Shown here in pieces: positions 38,791 to 48,722 of a DNA stretch of 64,000 nt. The stretch's first letter is position 1, and the number at the start of each line of letters is the position of its first letter. The position numbers were made by a program, and so were the translations under genes. The stretch spans positions 288,001 to 352,000 of the forward strand of contig CAVXTH010000009.1 in the NCBI GenBank assembly GCA_963764625.1. The letters are read 5' to 3'. Under the pieces are notes generated by a model. The model saw only the letters and a list, made by a program, of their open reading frames with translations. It was not told the DNA's origin and searched no databases. Source of the DNA: Candidatus Krumholzibacteriota bacterium. Lineage in GTDB: Bacteria; Krumholzibacteriota; Krumholzibacteriia; JAJRXK01.

Positions 38791-41199
38791 TCAGCCCCGG
38801 CCCTTCACGGCCTTGGGCTCCGGCGCCTGTGGCGTGCTGACGGCTCTCTCCCAGAACTCCAGGGCTTTCTGCATCGCCTCGTAGAGAACGCTTCCTTTAG
38901 GATACCGCCCCTTCGCGTTTCGCTTGCCGGCCGGCATGCCGGTGAAGATGTGCAAGGCCTCGTGCACCGTGCCCACCGCCCACACTGCGAACTGCCCTTT
39001 GGCGCAGGCCTTCACGACGTCCTCTCGAAGTTGTAGATCGTTCGCGTTGGCGCTAGGGATGATGACCCCTTGGGTACCGCTCAAGCCCTGGTCGGCGCAA
39101 GTGTCGAAGAACCCTTCGATCTTCTCGTTCACCGCGCCGATGGCCATGATGTTGCCCATCTGATCGATGGCGCCGGTCATGGCGATGTCTTGGCGAAGCG
39201 AGATGTCGGTGAGCGCGCTCAAGAGGCAACAGGTCTCCGCGCCCGAAGCGGAATCGCCGTCGATACCGCCATAGCTCTGTTCGAACGCGACGCTCGCGTC
39301 GAACGCCAGCGGATGCTCGGTGCGGAGCAAGTGCCTCAAGAGTCCTCCGAGGATGTAGAAACCCTTGGTGTGAATTGCGCCCGAGAGAGCCGATTCGCGT
39401 TCGATGTTGATCACGCCCGCGGTCCCAGGACCGATGGTCGCGGTGATGCGCGCGGGGAATCCGTAGGTCATGTTGCCAGCGGAAATGACCGCCAGTCCAT
39501 TGACCTGACCCACTTGACTGCCGGAGGTGGAGACGCGGATGGTGCCCTCGGCGATTTGACGGCGAAAGCGGCGCGAGGGATGGTCGGCGCGTGACTTGCG
39601 CCGATGGATCGCTTCCTTCACGTGGGTATCCTTCACCAGATTCGTATTCTCCCGTGAAGCCAGCCAAGCGGACTCTCGCACCAGGTCTGCCATGCGTCCG
39701 AACCGGGCCGTGATGCGTCTCCCGTCCGCCGCGACTCTCACGCCATGCTCGATGAGCGCCGCGACCCCCTCGCGGGAGAAATGGGGAAGACTCTCTTCGC
39801 GAACGAAGCGCGCGACCCAGCGCGCATAGTCACGCGCCCCGGCCCTGTCGTTGGGAATCGTCACCTCGAAATCAGCCAGGACCTTGAAGAGGTCGCGGAA
39901 ATTCGAGTCGATCTCGTCGAGGAGGTAGAAGATCTGCGTGTCGCCGAGCAGAACGACCTTCACCTCGATGTCGATCGACTCTGGCTTGAGGCCGGGGCCG
40001 GGCCAGGGCCCCATGGCTTCCGGTGGTTGGACTTCGAGTTTTCCCGTGCGCAGGGTGCGCACCAAATACTTCCAGGCCTCGGGATCGGAGAGGAGATCGT
40101 GGGCTTCCAGAATGAGGTACCCGCCATCCGCGGCCAGGAGTGATCCCGCACAAATTCCCATGTGACTCGCGCGAGGCTCCTGGTCAGGCGTGTACTCCAG
40201 GTTGATGGTGCCGACCAAATTGGAAAGCGTCGGGGTTCCCTCGACGACCACCGGGCAGGAGGTCTGACCCGAGCGATCGACCACCACGTTCACCCGATAG
40301 AAGCTGGTGAACGAGGTATCTTTTCCGAGCTGTGGGAGCCGCTGCTCCATGAGATCTTTGAGAAGTTCATCGAGCCACTTCTGCACCGCTAGCTCGGGGA
40401 AGGCCCGTCGCACTAGCTGCAGACGGCGGTGCAAGGCTTGCTCCACCGTGGTGCGAAAGAGCTTCTCCACTTGCTCGGAGTACGACTCGCGAATTTCCCC
40501 CGCCTTTTCGTGGATCTCCTCGAGCTCCTTCTCGTAATGGCGCCGGCTCTCGCTCACGCGCTGATACGCGGCATCGTCGATCGTCCCCTCGGCGTGGAGC
40601 CGGTCGTATTCCTCCGGGACCACGGCCTCTCCCTTGACCAGGGGAAAGATCGCCTTTTCCGACATGGCCTGGGTCTGCACGGTGACCAGACCGAGCCCGG
40701 CCGCGGTGAGCGATTTCTCGAAGGGCTGAATCACCGATTGCAGTGTCTGCTCGGCGGCCCTTTCCAGGGCCTGGCGACGGGCCGAGACCGTGTCGGAGCT
40801 GAGGATCTCCCTGAGCCCGGTCTGTACGAACGCAGCCAGATGCCGCATGTGGCGGCGAAAGATGGCTCCCTGGCCGGCCGCGAGAGTGAGGAGACGGGGT
40901 TGATCGGGTTGCGCGAAATTGTGCAGATAGCAGCGATCGCGCAGAGGAGGGCTCTCGACCCGAAGTTCCTCCAGGAGTTTCTTCACCAGAGTGGAGCGGC
41001 CGGTGCCACTCAATCCGCGCACGAAGACGTGATGCTCCTTGATCTTGCTGCTCAACCCGAATTGAAGCGCGTCGAGGGCATCACCCTGGCCGATGATCTT
41101 GCGGAGCGGTTGGAGCCGTGCGGTCGATTCGAAATCGAGCCGGTTCAAGGGACAGCTCCAGCGGAGCTTCTTGGCGGAGAGAGGTCGAGGTGTCGGCAT
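38791..41199 (-). CDS. Lon-like protease (LonB/LonC-type, S16 domain)
   Basis: IIGQ..A; degenerate Walker A GLSGTGRST; GQVNGL; FEQSYGGIDGDSAS (catalytic Ser); EKIEGFF (catalytic Lys). Confidence 0.9.
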   Translation of the reverse strand: MPTPRPLSAKKLRWSCPLNRLDFESTARLQPLRKIIGQGDALDALQFGLSSKIKEHHVFVRGLSGTGRSTLVKKLLEELRVESPPLRDRCYLHNFAQPDQPRLLTLAAGQGAIFRRHMRHLAAFVQTGLREILSSDTVSARRQALERAAEQTLQSVIQPFEKSLTAAGLGLVTVQTQAMSEKAIFPLVKGEAVVPEEYDRLHAEGTIDDAAYQRVSESRRHYEKELEEIHEKAGEIRESYSEQVEKLFRTTVEQALHRRLQLVRRAFPELAVQKWLDELLKDLMEQRLPQLGKDTSFTSFYRVNVVVDRSGQTSCPVVVEGTPTLSNLVGTINLEYTPDQEPRASHMGICAGSLLAADGGYLILEAHDLLSDPEAWKYLVRTLRTGKLEVQPPEAMGPWPGPGLKPESIDIEVKVVLLGDTQIFYLLDEIDSNFRDLFKVLADFEVTIPNDRAGARDYARWVARFVREESLPHFSREGVAALIEHGVRVAADGRRITARFGRMADLVRESAWLASRENTNLVKDTHVKEAIHRRKSRADHPSRRFRRQIAEGTIRVSTSGSQVGQVNGLAVISAGNMTYGFPARITATIGPGTAGVINIERESALSGAIHTKGFYILGGLLRHLLRTEHPLAFDASVAFEQSYGGIDGDSASGAETCCLLSALTDISLRQDIAMTGAIDQMGNIMAIGAVNEKIEGFFDTCADQGLSGTQGVIIPSANANDLQLREDVVKACAKGQFAVWAVGTVHEALHIFTGMPAGKRNAKGRYPKGSVLYEAMQKALEFWERAVSTPQAPEPKAVKGRG

Positions 41200-41333
41200 C
41201 GTGTCCTCCTGGCTTCCATCACGCTAGGCCTCGCCGCGAGGCAGGTCAATAATGGCTTGCGTTCGCCTTTACGGGACGACTACCGTGTCGGGGGTTCACG
41301 TAAATCCAATCACTCGATTCCGGCCATCGTGTC

Positions 41334-42419
41334 ATGCCACCAGACAAGAGCCGCGCTGACTCTCCAGCTGCGAGCTTCGCCAAGCGCCGCCGTTTCAGAA
41401 GGGTCTGCTGGGCCACCTTGATCGCGGTCTATGGTCTGATCGTGATCGGGGGAGTAGTGCGTAGCACTGGAGCTGGGATGGGCTGCCCGGACTGGCCCAC
41501 GTGTTTCGGACGTCTGATTCCTCCCACCTCTGAGTCGCAGCTCCCCGCCGACTACAAGGAGATCTACCTGGCCAAGCGCCAGGCCAAGAACGAGAAACTG
41601 GCCCGGATGCTCAGCGCGCTGGGATTCTCAGGCCTGGCGAGTGACCTGCGGCACGAACAGACGGTCGGGCAGGAGAGCGAGTTCAACGCGGCCAAGACCT
41701 GGACCGAGTATCTCAACCGCCTGGCGGGAGTGAGCGTGGGGTTCCTCTTCATTGCCACTTTCGTGTTCGCGCTGGCCTACCGCCGTTCGCGGCCCCTGGT
41801 GGTCTGGCTGAGTGCCCTGGCGCTGGTTACCGTCGGCTTCAACGGCTGGGCCGGATCCATCGTCGTCTCCACGAATCTCCTGCCGTGGATGGTGACCGTA
41901 CACATGCTCCTGGCGCTTCTTCTGGTGGCGTTGCTCGTGGTGCTTCTTCATCTCACGCGGTCGGCCGAAGAAGAGAGTACCGTTTTCGAACGGGGTCCGC
42001 TCAACGCGGTCCTTCTTGCGGCCGTCGGGTGCATGGTCATCCAGGTGGCGCTGGGAACCCAGGTCCGTGAAAACGTGGACACGGTCGCCCACATGATGGA
42101 CAACACCCTCAGAGAGACCTGGATTCAGAACCTGGGATTGATCTTCTACGTGCATCGCAGCTTCTCGATTCTTCTGGTGCTGCTCGCCGGCGCTCTGCTC
42201 TGGCTCGCGCGCCGGCGAGTTTCGTCTGGATCTCCCCTCCTCAAATGGTGCAGGGTGCTCTTCTTCGCCACGCTCTTCGAGGTGGCCGCGGGAGCCGTGT
42301 TGGCCTACCTGGCGCTGCCGCCTCTGGTACAGCCTCTGCATCTGGTGATGGCGGCGATCATCTTTGGTCTTCAGCTGCAGATCCTCTTGCGTCTGAACGG
42401 GAGACCTTCTCCGGCGTGA
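41334..42419 (+). CDS. ctaA: Heme A synthase (COX15/CtaA family)
   Basis: GGVVRSTGAGMGCPDWPTCFG, EYLNR, VTVH, VHRS, LHL; eight TM segments. Confidence 0.85.
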   Translation: MPPDKSRADSPAASFAKRRRFRRVCWATLIAVYGLIVIGGVVRSTGAGMGCPDWPTCFGRLIPPTSESQLPADYKEIYLAKRQAKNEKLARMLSALGFSGLASDLRHEQTVGQESEFNAAKTWTEYLNRLAGVSVGFLFIATFVFALAYRRSRPLVVWLSALALVTVGFNGWAGSIVVSTNLLPWMVTVHMLLALLLVALLVVLLHLTRSAEEESTVFERGPLNAVLLAAVGCMVIQVALGTQVRENVDTVAHMMDNTLRETWIQNLGLIFYVHRSFSILLVLLAGALLWLARRRVSSGSPLLKWCRVLFFATLFEVAAGAVLAYLALPPLVQPLHLVMAAIIFGLQLQILLRLNGRPSPA

Positions 42420-43036
42420 GTCAGTACTTTCATATCCACCCCGAGACGCCGCAGCTGCGCCTGTTGCGTCAGACCGTTTCCATACTGGAAGACGGTGGGG
42501 TCATCGTCTATCCCACCGATTCCACCTACGCCTTCGGCTGCGCCATCGGCGACAAGGCCGCCCTCGAGAGGATCTGCCGCATCCGTCACATCGATCAACG
42601 GCACAACTTCACCCTGTGTTGCCGCGATCTCTCCGAGTCCGGCACCTACGCGACGTTCAGTACACCGGTCTACCGGCTCCTGAAGGCGAATACTCCCGGG
42701 GGCTACACCTTCATTCTGCGCGCAAGCCATGAAGTACCACGACGGCTCATGCATCCCAAGCGAAAGACCATTGGGCTGAGGGTTCCCGATCACCCCGTCA
42801 CCCAGGCTCTGCTCCAGGAACTGGGCGCTCCCCTGATGACCACCTCGCTGATCCTCGCCGGGGAGACGGTGCCTTTCACCGACCCGCAGGTCATCCGGGA
42901 GAAACTCGAGAGTCAGGTCGACCTGATCGTGGATGGCGGCTTTGGTGGACTCACGCCCACCACTGTCGTCGACCTCACCGACGACTTTCCCCGGGTGATT
43001 CGCGAGGGGTGTGGCGACCCGACGCCCTTCGTCTGA
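42416..43036 (+). CDS. yciO: Sua5/YciO/YrdC family protein
   Basis: SQYFHIHPETPQ, YPTDSTYAFGC, PGGYTFIL, KRKTIGLRVP, PTTVVDL; GTGA overlap with ctaA. Confidence 0.88.
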   Translation: MSQYFHIHPETPQLRLLRQTVSILEDGGVIVYPTDSTYAFGCAIGDKAALERICRIRHIDQRHNFTLCCRDLSESGTYATFSTPVYRLLKANTPGGYTFILRASHEVPRRLMHPKRKTIGLRVPDHPVTQALLQELGAPLMTTSLILAGETVPFTDPQVIREKLESQVDLIVDGGFGGLTPTTVVDLTDDFPRVIREGCGDPTPFV

Positions 43037-43181
43037 ACCGGATCTGAAGTCCGCGATTCATTGAAACTATCCGCACCTCACTCGGTCAGCTTGATTTGCG
43101 AGAGCGGCCGGGTTAGCCTTCTGCGAGAAGGATCGAAGAACCGGTAAATCCCCCCCAAAAAAGGCTTCATCACAAACCGCC

Positions 43182-44915
43182 ATGGATCTCCCTCGCCTGC
43201 AATTCAGCTATCTGCGCGAACAGATCGTGGGAGTCGACTGCTCCTTCGACACGCCTTTCGGGCAGAGAATGCTCGTCTACTGCGATTACACCGCCAGCGG
43301 CCGATGCCTTCGTTTCGTCGAGGAATATCTCATGGGTTTGCAGCGCCACTATGCCAACACCCACACCGAGGACGACGTGACGGGCCGCAGCATGACTCAG
43401 CTCTTGCACGAGGCCGAGAGCGCAATCAAGAACGCGGTTCACGCCGGACAAAATGGACGGCTCATCGCGGTGGGAACGGGCGCCACCTCCGCCATCGACA
43501 AACTGCAACAGATCGTGGGTGTGGCGATTCCTCCCGCCACGCGACAGCTTCTCACCCTCCTCATGGAAGAGCATCTGGGCGCCGCTTCCCACGAGTCCTA
43601 CGCCCGCTTCTTGCGCGAGCACGAGCCGGTCGTCTTCGTGGGGCCCTACGAGCACCACTCGAACGAGATCTCCTGGCGGGAAGGTCTGGCCCAGGTTCTG
43701 GAAGTCGAATTGAGCCCAGATGGAGGAGTGAATCTCGAGCACTTGGAGCATCTCCTGAAGGATCCGCGCTACCAGGGACGGCTGCGCATCGGCACCTTCA
43801 GCGCTGCCTCCAATGTCACCGGACGTCTGACTCCGGTTCACGAGATCGCTCGACTTCTCCACGCGCACGATGCCATCGCCTGTTTCGACTACGCGGCCAG
43901 CGCCCCCTACGTGGAAATCGACATGAGCCCCGCTCCGGGACCCGAAGGAGGCGACCCTTCGCTGGATGCCATCTTTCTCTCACCACACAAGTTTCTGGGA
44001 GGTCCGGGAGCATCGGGAGTTCTGGTGTTCAACCAACGCATCTATCACCGCGAATTGCCCCCCACGGTGAGTGGCGGGGGAACGGTCGATTACGTCGGTC
44101 CCGACTGCCACGACTACACGCCGCAAATCGAAATGCGCGAAAAAGCCGGAACCCCCGGCGTGTTGCAGACTCTCAAGGCCGGGCTGGCATTCCTGGTGAA
44201 AGAAGCGGTGGGACCCAAGCGTATCCAAGAGCGGGAGCGGGCGCTCCTGGAAAGGGCGCTGCAACGCTGGGGCGAACATCCCGCGATCGAAATTCTGGGA
44301 AATCCCGATCCATCCAAGCGGGTCGCGATCATCTCTTTCAATCTCAGGGACCCCTCGGGAAGCTATCTGCATCCGAAATTCGTCACTCGGATCGCCAATG
44401 ATCTATTCGGAATTCAATCGCGTGCGGGTTGTTCCTGCGCCGGACCCTACGGGCACCGCCTCTTGAACATCGATGCTCCCACCAGCCAACATTACCGGGA
44501 CTGGATCCAGAAGGGGTATCACGGGCTGAAACCCGGTTGGTGCCGAATCGGGTTCCACTACATCATGGACGACGAGGAAGCGGGTTTCGTGATCGACGCG
44601 GTTCTGTTCCTCGCCGAGCATGGGCACCGATTCCTTTCCCTCTACGATTTCGACCTGAGCACCGGTGCGTGGGTTCACCGGGAAGAAAAGGCCGCGGGAA
44701 GGGCGTTCAGTCTGCAAGCCGCTCTCTGCTCGGCCGCCAGCGGCCCGACTGCTTTGAAGCTCGATGAGCGGAAGAAACGCTATCGCGAGTACCTCCATTC
44801 GGCGATGGAGTTGGCCGCAAGTCTTCAGGACGACGCGGGCGCGGGGAAGCTCCAGGGTGAAGCGGGAGAGCTCCAGTACTTCCGTCTCCCCGCCGGCGCG
44901 GACGGAATCGATTGA
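43182..44915 (+). CDS. Class V PLP-dependent aminotransferase / cysteine desulfurase-like
   Basis: DYTASGR, YANTHT, EHHSN, SAASNVTG, SPHKFLGGPG (PLP Lys), RAGCSCAGPY. Confidence 0.88.
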   Translation: MDLPRLQFSYLREQIVGVDCSFDTPFGQRMLVYCDYTASGRCLRFVEEYLMGLQRHYANTHTEDDVTGRSMTQLLHEAESAIKNAVHAGQNGRLIAVGTGATSAIDKLQQIVGVAIPPATRQLLTLLMEEHLGAASHESYARFLREHEPVVFVGPYEHHSNEISWREGLAQVLEVELSPDGGVNLEHLEHLLKDPRYQGRLRIGTFSAASNVTGRLTPVHEIARLLHAHDAIACFDYAASAPYVEIDMSPAPGPEGGDPSLDAIFLSPHKFLGGPGASGVLVFNQRIYHRELPPTVSGGGTVDYVGPDCHDYTPQIEMREKAGTPGVLQTLKAGLAFLVKEAVGPKRIQERERALLERALQRWGEHPAIEILGNPDPSKRVAIISFNLRDPSGSYLHPKFVTRIANDLFGIQSRAGCSCAGPYGHRLLNIDAPTSQHYRDWIQKGYHGLKPGWCRIGFHYIMDDEEAGFVIDAVLFLAEHGHRFLSLYDFDLSTGAWVHREEKAAGRAFSLQAALCSAASGPTALKLDERKKRYREYLHSAMELAASLQDDAGAGKLQGEAGELQYFRLPAGADGID

Positions 44916-44961
44916 GTGGTTTCGAATTTCGTCGAGCCTGAGCGCACGAGGGAGGGACGAG

Positions 44962-45801
44962 GTGCCCGAATTGCCCGAAGTAGAACGCGGGCGGCGCATG
45001 GCCGCCACGGCGGCCGAAGGGCGCCGGATCCGCCAGGTGGTTTGCAAGCGCGATCCGATCGTCTTCGACGGGGCCTCGCCTCGACGGTGGAAGAGCGCTC
45101 TGGAGGGAAAGAAGGTCCAGAGGGTTTCGAGGATCGGCAAACAAATCTGGTTCGAGCTCGACTCCCCTCCTCATCCTCTGTTTCATTTCGGCATGACCGG
45201 CGCCTTTCGGGTGCCGGGACGGCGCGACCTTCCTCTGGCCGCGCGGCCCACTCCCGACCCGAACGAGGCCTGGCCGCCGCGCTTCACCAAGATCCAGCTG
45301 TTCTTCGAGGGAGGAGCAGAGCTTGCGATGACGAATGCGCGGCGCCTGGGGCGAATTCTGCTGCGCGAGGACCCGCTGCACGAGCCGCCGATCTCCCGAC
45401 TCGGCTTCGATCCTCTCCTCGGTCCCCTCTCCAGAGCGGAATTCTACCGGCGCGCCAGCCGGCGCAAGACGTCCATTAAGAGTCTGCTGCTCGATCAGAG
45501 TTTCTGCGCTGGGGTGGGAAATTGGATCGCAGACGAAGTCCTTTATCAGGCCGGGATCGATCCACGACGCAGCGCCGACCAGCTGACTCCCGAAGAACTC
45601 GAGAGAGTCCGTCGCCGGCTCGGCGCGGTGGTGAAACTGGCCGTGAGGGTGGATGCGGACAAGTCCCGATTTCCCGTGAACTGGCTGTTCCACGTCCGTT
45701 GGGGAAAGAAAAAGGACGCACGCACCGCAGAAGGGAACAGAGTGGTGTTCGCAAGTATCGGCGGCCGAACCACGGCGTGGGTTCCACAGCGACAAAAGTA
45801 A
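44962..45801 (+). CDS. mutM: Fpg/Nei DNA glycosylase lacking the C-terminal zinc finger
   Basis: N-terminal PELPEVE, HFGMTG, H2TH LLDQS..AGVGNWIADEVLY; ends GGRTTAWVPQRQK with no CxxC pairs. Confidence 0.88.
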   Translation: MPELPEVERGRRMAATAAEGRRIRQVVCKRDPIVFDGASPRRWKSALEGKKVQRVSRIGKQIWFELDSPPHPLFHFGMTGAFRVPGRRDLPLAARPTPDPNEAWPPRFTKIQLFFEGGAELAMTNARRLGRILLREDPLHEPPISRLGFDPLLGPLSRAEFYRRASRRKTSIKSLLLDQSFCAGVGNWIADEVLYQAGIDPRRSADQLTPEELERVRRRLGAVVKLAVRVDADKSRFPVNWLFHVRWGKKKDARTAEGNRVVFASIGGRTTAWVPQRQK

Positions 45802-46086
45802 TCCCCTCGAAGAAATCGATCTGATACAATCAAGAGGTAGGGGGGACGGGCCCCGAGATCAGGAGTCCGCCATGACCGCCGACGTCGAAACTCTCGCCTC
45901 GCAGTCCACGCCCGCGGCCGCCACCTGGCCGTTCCTTCAGAAAGGCATCGCGCGCTGCAAGCGCATGCAGTCGGCACCCGTTCGACGTTTCATGCAGAGC
46001 GCGCTTTTGAAACTGGCTCTCGCCTGGCTCTCGTTCGCAATCGCACTGGCGGCGTGGAAGGCTTTGGCCGGATTCACCGTTCGGCG

Positions 46087-47397
46087 CTATTTCAAGAACT
46101 TCTCCATGTAGCGGCAGTGCGGGCTAAACTCGCCTCTCCATAGGATCACCGCGCGCCGTAGAGGTCCCGGCAAGTCGGCGTCCGCGAAACTCACGTGTAA
46201 ATCCACTTTGGCCAGAGCGGGAAGATAGGGACGAAGCGAATGCCCGAAGCTGGTGGAAGCTTCGACCGGAAGCTCGCTCGGCAGATTTCCTACTGCCAAG
46301 ACCTGAAGGCCTTCGCCTCGAAACCCCGAGGGAGCGCGGGCGGTCTGAGGATCGTAGACGTACACCGGGTCTCCCGGTTCGGTTTCGCGCACCGTGCAGG
46401 CCAGAGAGCCGTCGATGTCACAGGTGATGTCACCGACCGCGATCAACTTCGGCGTGGTCTTTCCCGAATACAACCGCCGCAGGGTGTCGGCATCGGCAAA
46501 GCGCGGATAGCGTTCTTCCCAGTAGGTTGCGTTCACGAGCAGAGACAGGTTTCGAAGATGCGGTTCGAAGATCGAGCGATAGCCCTCGGGATGCTGGTAG
46601 TAATCCTCGAGCTCGAAGCTCCGTTCTTCCTGTTGGGGCTGCACCAGGTGCTCCTCTTTGAAGACTACCTTGCCCAACTGCGTGCGGGTTCCTTCGTTCG
46701 ACCGGACCCACCCCTCCAGTTCATCCGGAGAGATCTCGGTGTGCGGCAAGAGCTCCAGGATCTCCTGCGCTCCTGAGGAAACGCGACCGTATCCCAGGAT
46801 CCCCACGGTCAGCGGACAGACCTCGCGGGGAAGTCCCTGCGCGGCGATCTCTTCTCCGACCTCTTTCACGGCCTGCTTCAACGCCGAAAGGTCGGCATAG
46901 GCATGGGAGGGTGAGAGCCGAAGAAACGGGGTTGCATGTCCCAGGACCTCGAGGCGTCGTCCCAGCATCCAGAGGCTGTCGGTCATTCCCACCAGGCCCG
47001 CGTGGTGCGAAAAGAAGATCAGACGGCGGCCTTCTTCGTCGGTGACGAGCTCGTAGTCGAGCAGAGTGCAGTGAAGCTCCTTGAGCTTGGCCAGAAGAGG
47101 CATGTTGTAGGACTGGCCCTTGATGGTGTGGGAGAAGAACATGTAGGCGCCGTTTTCACGGAAGAACGGAAGAGGCATTTCCTTGACGCCCAAGACGATG
47201 TCGCATTCGCGTACCGACTCGACTACGCGGGCGCCCACCTCTTGATAGCTCTCGTCGGAGAAAGCCCGCCGGGGGAACGACTCGACTTCGATCGAAATCC
47301 CTTCGGCGAGAAGGTTCCGGACATCCTCGGGCGTGAGCACGACACGCCGTTCCCATTCGTTCTTGTCTTCTTTTCGCAGGCCCAAACGATGGCTCAT
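46087..47397 (-). CDS. Lysine-ketoglutarate reductase / saccharopine dehydrogenase-like (AlaDH/PNT fold)
   Basis: RKEDKNEWERR, GVKE, FFSHTIKGQSYNM, LDYE, GYGRVSSGA, DITCD, NLPSELP. Confidence 0.82.
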   Translation of the reverse strand: MSHRLGLRKEDKNEWERRVVLTPEDVRNLLAEGISIEVESFPRRAFSDESYQEVGARVVESVRECDIVLGVKEMPLPFFRENGAYMFFSHTIKGQSYNMPLLAKLKELHCTLLDYELVTDEEGRRLIFFSHHAGLVGMTDSLWMLGRRLEVLGHATPFLRLSPSHAYADLSALKQAVKEVGEEIAAQGLPREVCPLTVGILGYGRVSSGAQEILELLPHTEISPDELEGWVRSNEGTRTQLGKVVFKEEHLVQPQQEERSFELEDYYQHPEGYRSIFEPHLRNLSLLVNATYWEERYPRFADADTLRRLYSGKTTPKLIAVGDITCDIDGSLACTVRETEPGDPVYVYDPQTARAPSGFRGEGLQVLAVGNLPSELPVEASTSFGHSLRPYLPALAKVDLHVSFADADLPGPLRRAVILWRGEFSPHCRYMEKFLK

Positions 47398-47507
47398 ACT
47401 GACTCTCCACCAGTTCGCTTCGATCGAACCGAAAATCGTGATCGTGGCAGTCCACTATCTTGCCGGAAAGCGCCCAGGAAGACAAGCCGGGGGGTTCGAG
47501 AGCTTTC

Positions 47508-48614
47508 TTAGCGCCCCGGATGGGTGGAGAGGCCGGTGTCGATCTGCTCGATTCCGCTCAGGTACTCATGATCGGTCAATTGATTCTTCCACAGTCCCGC
47601 GCTCCTGGCTCCCAAATAGCCCAGGAGGAAAACGAGGAGCACCGCGAACGCGAAGGCCCTGATCGAAAGGCGCCGCTTGCCGGCCCGCATGCTCAAGGCT
47701 TCGTCCACCGGACACACCGCCACGCAGTCCATGCATCCCGTGCATTCCGGATCGAGAACCTGTCCGCTGCGCGAGACCGGCAATCGGGCCATACAGACTC
47801 GATCGCAGAGCCCGCAGTCGATACACGCATCACGGTCGCGGACCACGCGTGTAGGCGAGAGCCACGAAAAGATTCCCAAGAGAGCGCCGTAGGGACAGAG
47901 GTAACGGCACCAGAATCCCTCGACCAGGATCGAGCCCACCACTAGACCGGCCAGGACCAGAGTGGCAATGAGAGATAGACTCGCGAAGAAGAGTCCCATG
48001 TGCACGTCGGCCATGCGGTTGTACGGCTCATCGAGGAAAGCGTGCACGCCCAGGGCGCCCATTGCCACGATGCTCTGCAAGAAGAAGAGCAAGAGGAGAT
48101 ACTTCACTCCGCGCAAGAGGACGTCCGCCAGGCGCCAGAGCCTGAAATTCCGGCCGAAGAGACGGCGTCCCACCCTCGCCAGGAGCTCACTCAAAAAACC
48201 GATGGGACAGATCCAGGCGCAGAAACTCTTGCGTAGGAAGGTTGCAAGAAGCAGGGCGATGAGCACGAGGATCGTGGCGGCGGGATGCACATGATTCAGC
48301 GTTCCCTGATAGACCCAGTCGAAGAGTCCGATCACCCCGCCGATGGGAAGAAAGCCCTCCACTCCTGGCGGACGCGCAGGAAGTGGGAGTGTCCCCGCGT
48401 GGGCGGCGCGGTAGAAGCGCGCGAACGCGAAGCCGATCCAGATGCAAGTGGCTGCGATCGAGGTCTGGACGAGCAGACGCGCGCGAAAGGTCCGGCGCGT
48501 CTTGGATCCCCTCGTATCGCCGAGCCAGTGCCATGCCCGGCGTGTTCTTGCTTGCAGGGAAGAAGGGTCCACGGAGTTGAGGGGAGGCGGAAATGGGGGA
48601 AGGACATCCGGCAA
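47508..48614 (-). CDS. Membrane 4Fe-4S protein (YccM/NapH/NosR-like)
   Basis: GVEGFLPI, FCAWICPIG, WCRYLCPYG, CIDCGLCDRVC, CTGCMDCVAVCP. Confidence 0.88.
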   Translation of the reverse strand: MPDVLPPFPPPLNSVDPSSLQARTRRAWHWLGDTRGSKTRRTFRARLLVQTSIAATCIWIGFAFARFYRAAHAGTLPLPARPPGVEGFLPIGGVIGLFDWVYQGTLNHVHPAATILVLIALLLATFLRKSFCAWICPIGFLSELLARVGRRLFGRNFRLWRLADVLLRGVKYLLLLFFLQSIVAMGALGVHAFLDEPYNRMADVHMGLFFASLSLIATLVLAGLVVGSILVEGFWCRYLCPYGALLGIFSWLSPTRVVRDRDACIDCGLCDRVCMARLPVSRSGQVLDPECTGCMDCVAVCPVDEALSMRAGKRRLSIRAFAFAVLLVFLLGYLGARSAGLWKNQLTDHEYLSGIEQIDTGLSTHPGR

Positions 48615-48722
48615 CGGGCCGGTCGAATTTGCGTCCCGCTGTCAATATGGTCTTCCGTGCCGCCGGATCCAAGGAATCGCGGCTCCCGGGTCCGGGCGCT
48701 TCGCTCGTAGATCTCTGGCGCC

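Noticed and set aside
38779-39036. ORF overlapping the BNR gene stop (ATGA)
   Set aside because: Lies fully antisense to the Lon-like gene; no motif.
45872-46111. 79-aa ORF between mutM and the LKR-like gene
   Set aside because: It has an AGGAG RBS and a hydrophobic tail, but it overlaps the convergent gene and has no recognisable motif; support is insufficient.
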